A stretch of 64,000 bases of DNA from assembly GCF_009914755.1 (NCBI RefSeq), contig NC_060947.1; one strand, written 5' to 3'. The notes under the pieces were generated by a model. That model searched no databases. It saw only the letters and a program-made list of their open reading frames with translations, and was not told the origin of the DNA. Shown piece after piece: positions 41,566 through 55,096 of this stretch (position 1 is its first letter; the number at the start of each line of letters is the position of its first letter). A program made the translations under genes and the position numbers. The stretch is from the human T2T-CHM13v2.0 reference genome, Homo sapiens.

Positions 41566-41890
41566 GGCTGGGCGCCATGGCTCACGCCTGTAATCCTAGT
41601 ACTTTGGGAGGCCAAGACTGCCAGATCGCTTGACTTGAGCTCAGGAGTTCAAGATCAGCCTGGGCAACATGCTGAAACTCTGTCTCTAAAAAAAAAAAAA
41701 AAAAAAATAGAAAAACTAGCCTGGCATTGGGGGCACATGCCTGTAGTCCCCACTACTCAGAAGGCTGAGGTAGGAGGATCAACTGAGCCCAGGAGTTCGA
41801 GGCTGCAGTGAGCTGAGATCATGCCACTGCACTCTACCCTGGGTGACAGAGCCAGAGCCTGTCTCAAAACAACAACAACAACAACAACAA
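41566..41890 (+). mobile_element. AluJ with a (CAA)n tail
   Basis: Dimeric Alu; TSD 'aacagtga' at 41556-41563 and 41891-41898. Confidence 0.92.
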
Positions 41891-42594
41891 AACAGTGACT
41901 GAAGCATCTTTGTCCATCCCTTTCTCCTTCCTCCTTTTCCTTTTTGTTTTTTATATGTTCTCCCCTTCCATTTCCTCTCTTTATGCATTTTCTTTGCTTC
42001 GAATCATTCTCACCCTTCTTTATGTTATTAAGTATTTAGAAACATGAAGTTGATCATGAAGGATTTGAAAATTCTTCCCCATCTCCCACTGAGAATACAG
42101 AGGTATTGGAAAACATAGAATCATTGGACTCTTTAGGCCTTTTTTTTCAGATTCATCTCCATGGCCTGAAGTTATGGTGAACTGAGAGGAAGGGGTATTA
42201 TTCTGGGGACCAAAATAATTACTGTCAACCTTTAACTTCAAGGTTTATTACAAGTTGCTGAGCCAAAAGTAAATCTGTAGAAATGTCCCACATGCAATAT
42301 TTTTCTTAACAGAATGGGCCTCAGTTTCTTTGTCTGTAAAATGGGGTTGAAGATACTAACACATAATTAATAGTAATTATGGGAGAAAGGAACCAGATTG
42401 TCACAGGGCTTTAACTATCTTAAATTACAAGACAAGAAATGTGGACTTGGCTGTTACACAACAGGAAATCATCAAACTTTATTTTTAGCAGGTTAATTTT
42501 TAGAAAATTTATATCATGGCAGTGTGTGGCAGGGATTAGGATCAGGAGAGACTAAAGGTGGGCAGGTTATTTGACATGTCTAAGTAATGTGTAA

Positions 42595-42860
42595 TGATAA
42601 TAATTGCTAACATTTATGGAGTGTTTACCATATCCCGGGCATTTTGCTAATCTTTTATCTGCCTTATCTCATTTTATTCCTTCAGCCACCCTATGAGATA
42701 GGCAACATTTGTTATCTACATTTTACAGATGAGGAAACTGAGCTACAGAACAATGAAGAAATGTACCCAAGCTGTTACTTAGTATGAGGTCACCAAAGAC
42801 GAGATCAGTAAGTGGTAGAACTAGAATTTGGCCATAGGCTGTCTGGCTTAACTACTGTGA
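42595..42860 (-). mobile_element. MIR
   Basis: Core 'cattttacagatgaggaaactgag'. Confidence 0.8.
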
Positions 42861-43768
42861 TGTACTGTCTCTAATGCATCAGTCAATATTTCCCCAAAGT
42901 GCCATCCGTATTCACTCATTAGCATTACTTCAAAGAGTATTTAATGATTTTGGAATTTTCTATGTAGAATGATTTTTTTAAGTAGTCTTACATGATGTGG
43001 GTATTATGTGTCTTGAATTTGTGATTTTTTTTTTTCAGAGAACGGAAGCTTTATCCCTCAAGCATAAAAAAAGATTGTTTATGGTGAAAATTATATTAAA
43101 ATATACTTTAAGCTTCACTGCCTTTGTAAAGGGTTTTCTTGAATATGATTGATTCAAGGTTTTTATAAATTCTTTTACTGTTATGGCAAACCTTTGGAAA
43201 CTATTAGGGTTTGGAATATTGTATGAACCTAAAGTGACTAACTTCAGATTAATTGCTTCTTTCTTCTTTTCTTTTCTTTTTTTTTTTAATTTCTGACTCT
43301 CTAACTCAGTGATTCTCTCCATTGTTAGGGAGGATTTAGTTTCTTCTTTGGCTATAAGCCCTCAGACCGGTAACTAATAGATGCTTCTTGTTTCCTTCCT
43401 TGTGCTCTGCTGTCTCTGATCACTGACGTCAGGGCATCTGCTGCTTGCTATCCTTCTTGTATTTTATAACAATGATTCCCTTTCCCTCTGCTTCTCTCTC
43501 TTTCATTCTCTTTCTCTGATCTCTCTCCTTTTCTTCCTATTCTTCTCAGTTTTGTTGCTAATGGGTCTGGATTTGGCTATCCAGGCTAATCCATCGGATA
43601 TTCCCTCTTTCTAGGAAAAAGAGGGGTGAGGTGGTTTGTGTGAAATTTGGCTCATTACCTCTGGCCAGTGAAATACCATAAACACAAGACCTATAAACTA
43701 TGCACCTTTAATTAACTCTTGGCTATTTTCATGATTTCCCTTATTTGGCGGGTTCTAGGTTGCTTTGA

Positions 43769-44268
<500 letters not shown>

Positions 44269-44596
44269 ACTCTATTTTATTTCTGAAATATAAAGTTGAA
44301 TTCTGGCATTTAACTTTGAAGACTCTAAGCTGTGTTACCTTTAGGTTTAATTATTTCAGTATTAGTATAATAGCAATGTAGCTGATGTATTCCAAATATT
44401 TGTATGTGAAATAATTATTAGTCTTTTAAATATTTTCCATTTTTAAAATATATCAGTTCCTGATTATAAGATGACATTATTTTTTGTTAGTCACTCCAGA
44501 AATTTTTAAAAAGCACTCAAAGCTCCCAGTGGTTCTAATATAATTGTATGGGCTCAATTAATGTTTGCTAAAATTGCTTAGAAAATATCTGAATCA

Positions 44597-44936
<340 letters not shown>

Positions 44937-45193
44937 TTAAATTTTTAAGGACCATTAACTTTTAAAGGGAGTTTTGTAGCACTCAGATCTATTTGTGAAG
45001 TAGTAAGGTTTAGTTTAAAAGCAAAGCAACAAAATGAAACTAATTCTGATTCTTTGAAACAAAAGACTTTTTCCCATAAATCAAAACTGCATACATTTAT
45101 AGATACAAATACTTCTTAATAAAATAACTTCCCTTTAAAACTGGCTTTCAAATATTACAATTCCTCATCTTTGTTCTTCTATATATATAAAAC

Positions 45194-45296
45194 AAGCTTG
45201 ATCATACTTGTCAGTTTAAAACTAAACCAAAAATAGGTCTTCAGAAAGGCATCATATATGATGTTTAGTTTTAAACTGACAAGTATTATCAAGCTT
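45194..45296. repeat. 34-bp inverted repeat with a 35-bp spacer
   Basis: 45194-45227 is the reverse complement of 45263-45296 with 1 mismatch. Confidence 0.95.
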
Positions 45297-46667
45297 CATC
45301 TAAATTAAAGGTAGGAAAAATGGAGACTTTCTGTGCCTTAAACTTGTTCGAAAACATAAAGCTATTTTATCACTAATGGATTTCTTCAGCACAACCATGC
45401 AAAATGGCCCTATCACTGCTTTATTTAACAAGCTGTTTTTATTTGTACTAGAATCCTCAAATGAGAAAGGGAGTATATTCCATTCTGTTTACATTGGTTG
45501 TAAATCAGGCCAGAAGACCAGAAGCGAATCTTCACCTTCAAAGGAAGAGTTCTCTTTGATAGGAGGAAATCTTTTTAAGTAAAGCAAACCTTTTGATTTA
45601 TACATTCAATTGGAAAGGTGCCCTTGCGACTAGCCTCTGGAACTATTTTACCTGAAGAATTACCAAGAAGATAATAACTTTTTCAAGAATGATTTTTCCA
45701 GGAAATTGGATCACTTTCGAAAAATGAAAAATATTATAAATGGTGTGTGGAATGGTCCTGCAGAATTAAAACCTAAGATTATATCTACTGTGGCTGGGTC
45801 AGCGGGGCAGTGGTGCTGGCTGAGTGTTACATTACCTTGAGGTCATCGTTACGGGTCATGAGGGGTTAACAACAAAATGCAAGGCAGAAGCATGGTTGGG
45901 TAGGCTGTGTCAATCACTGTGAATCTGTGTAGCAGGCTTACAGGAGTAAAATGATTTTGTTCTTAATCCTAGGGCTCCAGGTGGTATTTTTGGACTATAG
46001 AGAGGCATCGAGGATTGAGGTCGTAAAATCAACACAGAAAAAGTTCACTGAGGCCTTGAGATGTCTGGGGCTGCAGTTGCTCTAACAACTAGTTGCAACC
46101 TAGATGGAAAATATACTTAAATCTCTTTTGCTAGTCTTCATCTACTAATTAGTAGTGGATGTCCAGAGCTTTGTGATGAGAAGGATTTCCAGGCTTATTG
46201 GGAAAGAGAGTTGAGATTAGGTAACAATGCATGACACAAACCTAAAAGTAGGAAGCCAGTGCAAATTTGCCAAGTGGCCATCATTCCTGAACTGGGAGTT
46301 GCTGCTGTCTCTTAGGCTCAGTGCTGTGTTGCCTGGCCAGCTCTTCACTGATGTCCAGTCAGGTTCACTTATCTTCACTAAGCTGTGAACAGGCTGATTT
46401 TTCTCCATGAAAAATAAGGAGGCTCTGAAGGGAATCTGACCACCATAGGGCTTTAGAGACCCATGCACGTACTTTTCTGTTTGTTGATGGGCTCACTCTT
46501 TGAAGGTTAGACAGGAAGGGTGGTCATATTATCCTTTAAAAAAAAAAAAAGATGATCCATGTATTGTGAGACTGGCTTCTGACACCATGGTGCCATACCC
46601 TTTAATGAACCAGGTGGATAGCTGGTTTCTGCCTTTAACTGCCTCTAACTTCTATTTTTGCGGGGGG

Positions 46668-46942
46668 ACAGAGTCTCATTCTGTTGCCTGGGCTGGAGGG
46701 CAGTGATGTGATCTCGGCTCACTGCAACCTCTGCCACCCGGGCTCAAGCAATTCTTGTGCTTCAGCCTCCCAAGGGATTACAGGCACGAGGCCACCACAA
46801 TTGGCTAATTTTTGTATTTTTTGTAGAGACGGGGTTTCACCATGTTGGCCAAGCTGGTATCAAGCTCCTGGCCTCAAGTGTTTCCCCCGCCTCGGCCTCC
46901 CAAACTGCTAGGATTACAGGAATGAGCCACCGTGCTTGACCA
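46668..46942 (-). mobile_element. Alu (S/J), diverged
   Basis: Dimeric Alu motifs; tail eroded. Confidence 0.9.
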
Positions 46943-47854
46943 AACTGACAGTAACTTTTAACTCCCCAGATTAGTCAGATGGCTTCACTCCTCTACTTTG
47001 CCACATGTGCTCTTCAATGATTATTTTCCTAGCAGCAAGTGTTTGCGTGGATCAGAATCAAGATTTATTTGATAGCCAAAAACTCACATCCATTCTCCTG
47101 TCCACGTTGTCCTCTGCTTTTGATTCTAGGGGATCTCTTGGGCCCTAACCACTAGCCAAGGGCTTTACCAGCCATCTGTTATTTGGAATATGACCACTTC
47201 AGGTTCTTTTCTGCTTGCTCAGACTTTGACTATCTATTTTCTTTCCTTAACCATTGGTATATATATATTCCAGGTTTTAATTTCCATGCCTGCCTAGTTT
47301 CTGGCCCACAGTTTTCCATGATATCCCTGGTAACTATGAATCTTTCACTTGTAACTCATTGCCTCCTGTAATCTTTAATTTATCAGTTCTTTTAGACTGT
47401 GAATTTCACATCTTACGAATACCCTTAGTTCCAATTCCCTACTCTCTTGCCATAATGCACAGTCTCCTAATGTTGACAACAAAAACCCAGTCAGGTGAAT
47501 TAGAAAGTTAGCATGGGATCAGGTGAATGTTGAATGTGGACTGTGCCATATGATCAGCACAGTGGCATGTACAGAGGAAATGAGGGTCTTCAGATTCCAG
47601 TCCGGGGCATTTAAACCAGAGTACCAAGGCTACAAGCTCCAGCAATGCCCTTTTAGCACACTGAGAATATTATATTTGAATTCGAATCACATGTTGAAGA
47701 GAAACATGCATTCAACCAGAAAGACAGAAGGATGGAAGAGTGAGAATAGGCTTATAGATTTGGACCTAGAGTGAGTCAGTAATTCTTTAAAATGTGGGGT
47801 TCTGTACTATGGTGAAACCACTTTATTTCTATGCTTGTGTGTCCAAAACATAAT

Positions 47855-48010
47855 TTAAGAGTGAAAGAGACTTTAAGGATCATATAGCCAAATCTCCTAA
47901 TTTTACAGATGAAGAAACCAAAGCCTGGGGAGGTTAAGTGGCTTGTCCAAGGTCACATAGTTGGCTGGTGGTACAGCTAGGACTAGAAAGAACCCAGGTC
48001 ATCTTACATG
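47855..48010 (-). mobile_element. MIR/MIR3
   Basis: 'attttacagatgaagaaacc...gaggttaagtggcttgtccaaggtcaca'. Confidence 0.8.
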
Positions 48011-48704
48011 CATTCCTTTGTAGGCACTACTCTGTCTCTCCACAGTTGCATTGTTTTCAAATTATGAGTGATTCAGCTCACTTCAAAGGGCAAAGAACTA
48101 ATTTCCTTCTCATTGAAATGAAGCAGTCACAGGGTTTCACACAAGAAAATTGAAAAATGATATATGTGGCTTATTTCTTTGTTTCTTTCTGTTTTTGTCT
48201 CTGGATCAAGAAGGAAAGGAAGCTAGCAAAACAGTTGGAAGCAAGACAAGGCAATCGGACGGCTGCCATAGAGCAGAGGGCATATACATCAGGGAAAGCA
48301 AGCAAACATCTGCTCACTTCTGGACTGTAAACAAAAAGTTGCATCTGTCTCTCTCAGTGGAGAGATGGACCAAGGCTGCAGCTGCCAGGATCTCTGCTTC
48401 TAAATTGCTTAGAACCTAGATGTGGGTGCTGATATTTAAGGGAGTGGATCACTTCTTATTTAGTGCACCAACTTTGGTAGTGAGGGAGAAGGACAACTTG
48501 GAAGAGGTCCAAATCTAGTTGGAAAATGTGGTTCTTCTTTTAACAAAGGGAAAATGTGGTGTCCTGGTTGACCAGAGCTTTCCCTGATTTATTGTGAAAC
48601 TGTTTATCTCGGAGCTTTACTTAGGATCACATGCAGTCTGTCTACCTATTACTACATTGGACCTACTGACCTCATTTTTTCATTTCGTTGTCATTGTTTT
48701 TGCT

Positions 48705-49200
48705 GTTTGTTCATTCATTTATTGTTTCAGCATTTATAAGTGCTTGCTACAGTCTAACAACTATTCTAGATGTTAGAGATGCAATGTGAAAATGAGTCCC
48801 AGTTCTTATTTTGGAGAGGTTGTTGTCAAGTAGGTGAGAGAGAGATGAGCAAACAATACAGCCTGATTGAGGATGTGATCAAGATATACTCAAGGTAGTA
48901 AGGAATAGCAGAGGCAAGGCAGCTACCTATCTGAGGTGGACAAGAAAGACTTTCTGGAGAGGTTAGTTGGGCTTGACTTAATCTTGAAAAAAAATAGGAG
49001 CTGGGCAGCAGGTGAAGAAAGAAATCAAAGAGAAGAATTCACAAAGCAAAGAGGCTGACACCCTGGAGCATTTTGGGAATCTACAAGGTATTCAGTGTGG
49101 CTGGCCAGTAGAGTTTGATGGGTGGGGTAATGAAAGGCGAATCTGGAGAAGTAAGGAGGGGCAAGGGCTTTGTATGCTGAAGATGTTTGAAAGTCAGTGA
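48705..49200 (-). mobile_element. L2 fragment
   Basis: 'ttcattcatttattgtttcagcatttataagtgcttgctac' followed by a purine-rich L2 body. Confidence 0.6.
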
Positions 49201-51039
49201 AGATTACTAAATATTAGGCCTTCTAAACATTCCTAAACTCCACACTTATTGTAGGGGCAGTATTCTGTTAGTGGAAAGATTATGGCCTTTGGAGTCAGAG
49301 AGATGATCCATGTTTAACCGTTATTTAACTGTGGGCCTTGGCCAAGTTACTTCACTACTTTATTCATGCTACTTTGTCTCTAAAAATGAGGACAATTATT
49401 TCTGCTTCACTTGTGGGGAAGAGTTAATATATGTGAAATCACCAAGCATAGAACTAATAGATAATCAATGCATATTCATCTTACACTCTCCTTCCTCTTC
49501 TTCCTTACTTTCTTCTATTTGCATCCTTTCTAGTCTTTTCTTTCTTCCTTCTCTCCCTCTCAAGATTCACTCTGTTTACAGAAATGGTGAGTGTTCTGCA
49601 TGTCTTGACATTCTTGTTTATTAAATGGATGACATTTAGAAAGCAATTTTGTGCGATTTCTATCCTCGTAATAGTAAATGTACCAGACCACTGCAATGTC
49701 CACAACTGAGTGAATCTGCTTGCTGTTGCTGGATGACATATTTCAATGATCTTGTCATGGAAATGAGGCATTTTTACAATTTAAAATCAGAACTTTACCT
49801 GCCAAAAATTGTTGCAGCTGTGGTAGGATTGAATTCATCTTAGTACTCTCCCTGTCTCCAAACCTATCAAATTATCAGCAGCCATGCCTTTTGGAAAAAA
49901 AAACTAGATATTTTTTGCTTAATTTTGTTTCCAATGTTACCATATGCAATTCTTTTGTTTGTGATATGAAGATATCTGAATATTTTTATGATTAAATGTA
50001 AAGGTCATTTCCAATATACTGTGTATGGATAAAAAATTTTAAGAAGCTAAAATAATGAATAGGTTTAAGGTTAATTAGTTTCCATAATATACTAAACTTG
50101 AGTGACTAAAAGATTCTCAGTGGCTTCTAAATAGGTTGAGTATGGAGTTCACATAGATGACTTTGGAGCACTTTTCTTTACAATTACCTAATTTGTTTGG
50201 TTCCTAGACTCAGAGACTCTTGGTTTTGGTGTAGGAAGGAACTTTCACCGTTATCTAGTTTCCGGCCTCCTGTCTGATGCTTGTGCCTCCTCTAAAGCAT
50301 CACTGCCAATTGATTATGGAGCCTCAGCTTTACCAGAGTTAGTGAGAAGATGGACACTCTAGTGCTTAAGGCAGGCCATTGTATCTTTGGGCTGCTTTTA
50401 TTATTTAGAAGGTGTTTCTTGACATTGAAGTAAAATGTGTTTTTATAACATTTGATCCTAGATTTATGACTTATAACCATGTAGAATAAATCTTTTTTTT
50501 CCACTTAACATTTGACAAGGTTTCTTCTCCACGTGAATCGTCTTTACTCTCAGCTCAATATTTCCATTTCAACCAATGGTTACTGCAAGACTTGATTTCA
50601 TGTTTCTCTACTATCCCTGTGAAGTGCTTATGAATATATTTACCCGTACACTTCTGAAAGGGTAGCACCTACAATACTGTATATACTCACAGTAGGCTGC
50701 AGTCACTGCAAAGTACTATCATGTGCTTTGTTCTATGCTTGCAGCCTAACATCAAATTAGCTGCTTTTGGTGACATGGTCACAATGTTATCTTAAGTCAA
50801 GCTTACTATTGACTGAAACCCTAATTTAAATCTTCTATTAGATACTATTCATTACAAACAGCTCCTCATGCTCTTTTGAAAACTTTAGTTATGATTTCTA
50901 ATATATCTTATAGCTCTCTCATCTTCTGCCATGTCCAAACATGACAAGTCAGTCTTCTCTTTCTTTATCTAGAGAATTGGTAAAATTATTGAACATAAAA
51001 GAACCATAAAATTTCCCATTGGAAATATTTTAGCGCATT

Positions 51040-51200
51040 AGATCTTAACTGGGATCCATGAGTATAATCTCAGATTCTATAGAAGCTTGATGAATTTTCT
51101 GCAAAATATGTACATATTTTTTTTCTGGAAGAAAGCTCCATAGCTTTCATCATATTCTTAAAGGTATGCATGAGCTAAATAATATAGAGACTCCTACTGT
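51040..51200 (+). mobile_element. MER103-like hAT fragment
   Basis: 'tttttctggaagaaagctccatagctttcatcatattcttaaagg'. Confidence 0.55.
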
Positions 51201-51834
51201 AACAGGACATCAAAACACTCTGGCTATGGTCATTTATTCACTTAAAAAATCTATTTAAATAGTTTCCAGTCAATGTCTCTCCATCTTGAATGAATGGCTG
51301 TCATAGAAAACCTGGTAAAACACCTGCGAGTGTGTGCACATTACATTATCTAGTGCCTGGGATAATATATGCAAAGCTAGTAAAGAGCTTGGTGTGTCAT
51401 AAAGGCTCAATACATTTAAATCGGCTTCTTTTTCCAATGTTTTTATGCTGCCCTAACCTTGTGTTATCTGTAGGAAAAACAAGAACTCTTCCTGGAGCAT
51501 AATACTCAGAACAGGACCTCTCTCCTAGTCTGGTCTTCTGGATAGCTAGGCTGCCCCTCTCAAGTCAGTAGCCTAATGTCCATTCTTTGGCAGTTCTTGG
51601 CACTTTGCTGCCTTTGAACAGCCACTGTTTACACCGAATTCCATGATACTTGGCATGTTCCCATTGTGATGCCATCTTGAGCTAGATTCAAATCATAATT
51701 GATGTCACGATCTATTTGGTTTTCAGGGAACTAATAGATATTCCATGCAAACTATTTCTACCTATATCATTCAATATTAGTGAATCTAAGTCTGTTAGTT
51801 TGATCTGTTTCCTTCCCTTACTTTAGTTTGTCCT

Positions 51835-51975
51835 AAATTAGCCTTAGTTATCTCATTGGTAAAATGGGGATGACTATAGTACCTTACTCACAGGGTACTG
51901 GTGGGATTAAATGAGATATTTCATGTAAAGTGCTTAGCACAGTGCCTGACACATAGTAAGCACTCAGTAAATAAA
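51835..51975 (+). mobile_element. MIR
   Basis: 'gtaaaatgggga...ggattaaatgagat...gtaaagtgcttagcacagtgcctgacacatagtaagcactcagtaaa'. Confidence 0.85.
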
Positions 51976-54234
51976 ATGGTAGATACATGGACACACATAA
52001 ATAGGAATGCATAATAATGGACTTCTGAATCCTGTGAATAGGATCCTGAGTTCAATTCCCATTGCTTCTGCTTATTAGTTACCAGTGATTCCCATCTCTT
52101 CTTATTGCCATTGAAAATTTATTGCTCTTATATTCTTTCCATTCAAATCCTTGTTTCCCACTTATATAACTGTTTTTATAACCACACATATTAAAATAGA
52201 GAAATAGCTATTTGTCTCTCTCTGCCTTTTGATGGGTAAGTCCCCTCACCAATCCCTATGAAACAGGAACATTTATTATTATCTTTTTACACATGAGGAA
52301 AAGTGAAGCTCTGAGAGGCATCTCTAACATCATCTGGTATACTGTTTGAATTACAATCTCCCCTGGTCATCAAACTGAGCCTCTGTCTCAAGGCACACCA
52401 ATATCTTACTAATCTTGGGTCTCTGCTTCCCACCCAAACTATATTAACCTGAGTCTTTGACAACTCTGCATGGCTACAGTTAGTCCCTGTCAGTCTCTTC
52501 CCACAAAGCAACATATTTTATTCCTTGGACCCAACATTTGTTGGCTCAAGAGGTCTCTGAATGAATCACTTACTTTAAACTATGATGTTTCTCCCTTTCT
52601 GGCTTCAGGTGTTGCCTGCTTGGGACTTCCTGTTGCTATGTGCCACAGGGAAGATTTACTCTGTGAGCTAATGGAGCTAATGAGGCCAATTGGAGCCAAG
52701 TATGAGGTACCCACAGCCTGCCTTGGTGTTTATTCCTCATCCTCCCCTCGGGCCCACACTGCTACAATCCCATCGGAACTTATACCTAAACTCACAGGGA
52801 ATGAGAAAAGGATAACTTCAGACTGTGTAGATGAACTTTCTTTGGATAAGGCCCTTCCTTGAGGCTTTTAAATTTCACTTTACATTTCTCTACTTATTAA
52901 CTCAATTATGCAACCTAGAAAAGCATTATACAGAGCTTTTTAAATTATTTGCCAAAGTGGAATAATGCTTTTGCCCAAATTAGTTATAATTTTGTGATGC
53001 AATTTTTTTCTTCAAAATTCTTCAATAAAGAAATTAATATGATCACTTCAGTACAGATTTTAGGAAAAAAAGAAATGAATATGTTAAATCTATAGCCACC
53101 TTCCTTTATAGACTTGCACCTATTTAGAGTAGGGACTTAAAAATGAAACCAAAGCTTACAGCTATTGTAATGATCAATTGTATGCCTTCTTATTCTTATA
53201 AGCATCTTCTTATAAAAAATAGATTTTACCAATCTTTTCTGTAATTGTGGTCTTTGTGATGAAAACAAGCTTGCCTAATGTGAAAAATACTGTCAGATGT
53301 TGACATTCTAGGAAATCTCGCTTTACGTATTGAGAGTTCCAAAACTGAAGGGAATCCCAGTTTTGAGGAGAAAACTGAGAGGGAAGATCAACACCGAAGA
53401 AAGAGTGAAGCCACCTTTCCACCTTTGCATATGATGGAATTGAAATAACTTCTAACTTTAAGGATTTCTGAGACAGTTTTTGCCATGGCAACTAACACCA
53501 TAGAATTTATATAGTTGATGAAAGAAGAGAATAAACTTTTATGTTCTGATCTATTAAATTGATCTAGATTTTGTCAAGATATATATCAAAGAATCAAGAT
53601 AGTGAGGTTCACAGCTTCTTGATAGGTTTTATGTATAGTTTGAAGTTTATTTTGGTACTGAAAAGAGGTTAAATTCAAAGAACTTTTTTTTTTTAATCTC
53701 AAAATCTTAACGGAGATGAATTGCTTTAGTTTTGTGAAACCCTACTCTTGTGGGAGTTGGTAATTTATTGTAAACTGTTGGAACTAAGGTGATTAAAGGT
53801 CTAGAGGTTAGTGATCAGTCATTTTACAAGTGATTATGTGTCTTTAATGTGCCCAGCACTGTGCTTGCAGTCATGCTAAGTAAAATTTGCAGTTTATTTA
53901 GGGAAAGATTGAGATAGATGCCATTTTACATCTCCTATTACATATTCTTCTATATATGTTTTCAGAGTTTCTGCTTGAAGTTGAACCTAAAGCAAGTGAA
54001 TAAAAGCAAGTTTGAAAGTAAGATAGGAATTTGGTTAATTTGAAATAACATAAGGTTTACTTTCATGACTTAGAAATAGTCAGGAAAGCCAAGGATGGAA
54101 AAAATAATCAAGGCAGGGATCAAACATCCTCCTATTTACACCTATACTCCAGTATTAGTTTTTGCTATCGTTGTCTCAGTCAAGAGAGGAAAGGGATTAG
54201 AAACGATTATGGGAATCAGAATAGAGACATGCCT

Positions 54235-54286
54235 TGCTTTGTCTTTTCTTTTCCTTTCTTTCCTTCCTTCCTTCCTTCCTGCCTGC

Positions 54287-54353
<67 letters not shown>

Positions 54354-54546
54354 TTCTTTCTTTCTTTCTTTCTTTCTTTCTCTTTCTTTCTTTCTCTCTC
54401 TTTCTTTCTCTCTCTCTCTTTCTTTCTTTCTTTCTTCTTTCTTCTCTCTCTCTTTTCCCTCCCTTCCTTCCTTCCTTCTTTCCCTCCTGCCCTCCCTCAC
54501 TCCTTCCTTCCTTTCTTCCCTTTTTCCTTTCTTCCTTCCTTCTTTC
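54235..54546. repeat. Compound polypyrimidine microsatellite (TTTC/TTCC/TC)n
   Basis: About 310 bp of almost pure C/T. Confidence 0.97.
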
Positions 54547-54660
54547 AGCTGTTGTTTTTTCCTATGTATCTGAGAGACTCTCACATTTAAGGCCGAGCTA
54601 TAGTCCTAGTGCATTCTTGTCACCGTGAACTCCTGTTCTTCTAAACTCTTGATGGCATAG

Positions 54661-55096
<436 letters not shown>

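Noticed and set aside
53297-53448. Protein-like frame (VDILGNLALRIESSKTEGNPSF...)
   Set aside because: No pyrimidine tract or ATG start, and no recognised homology
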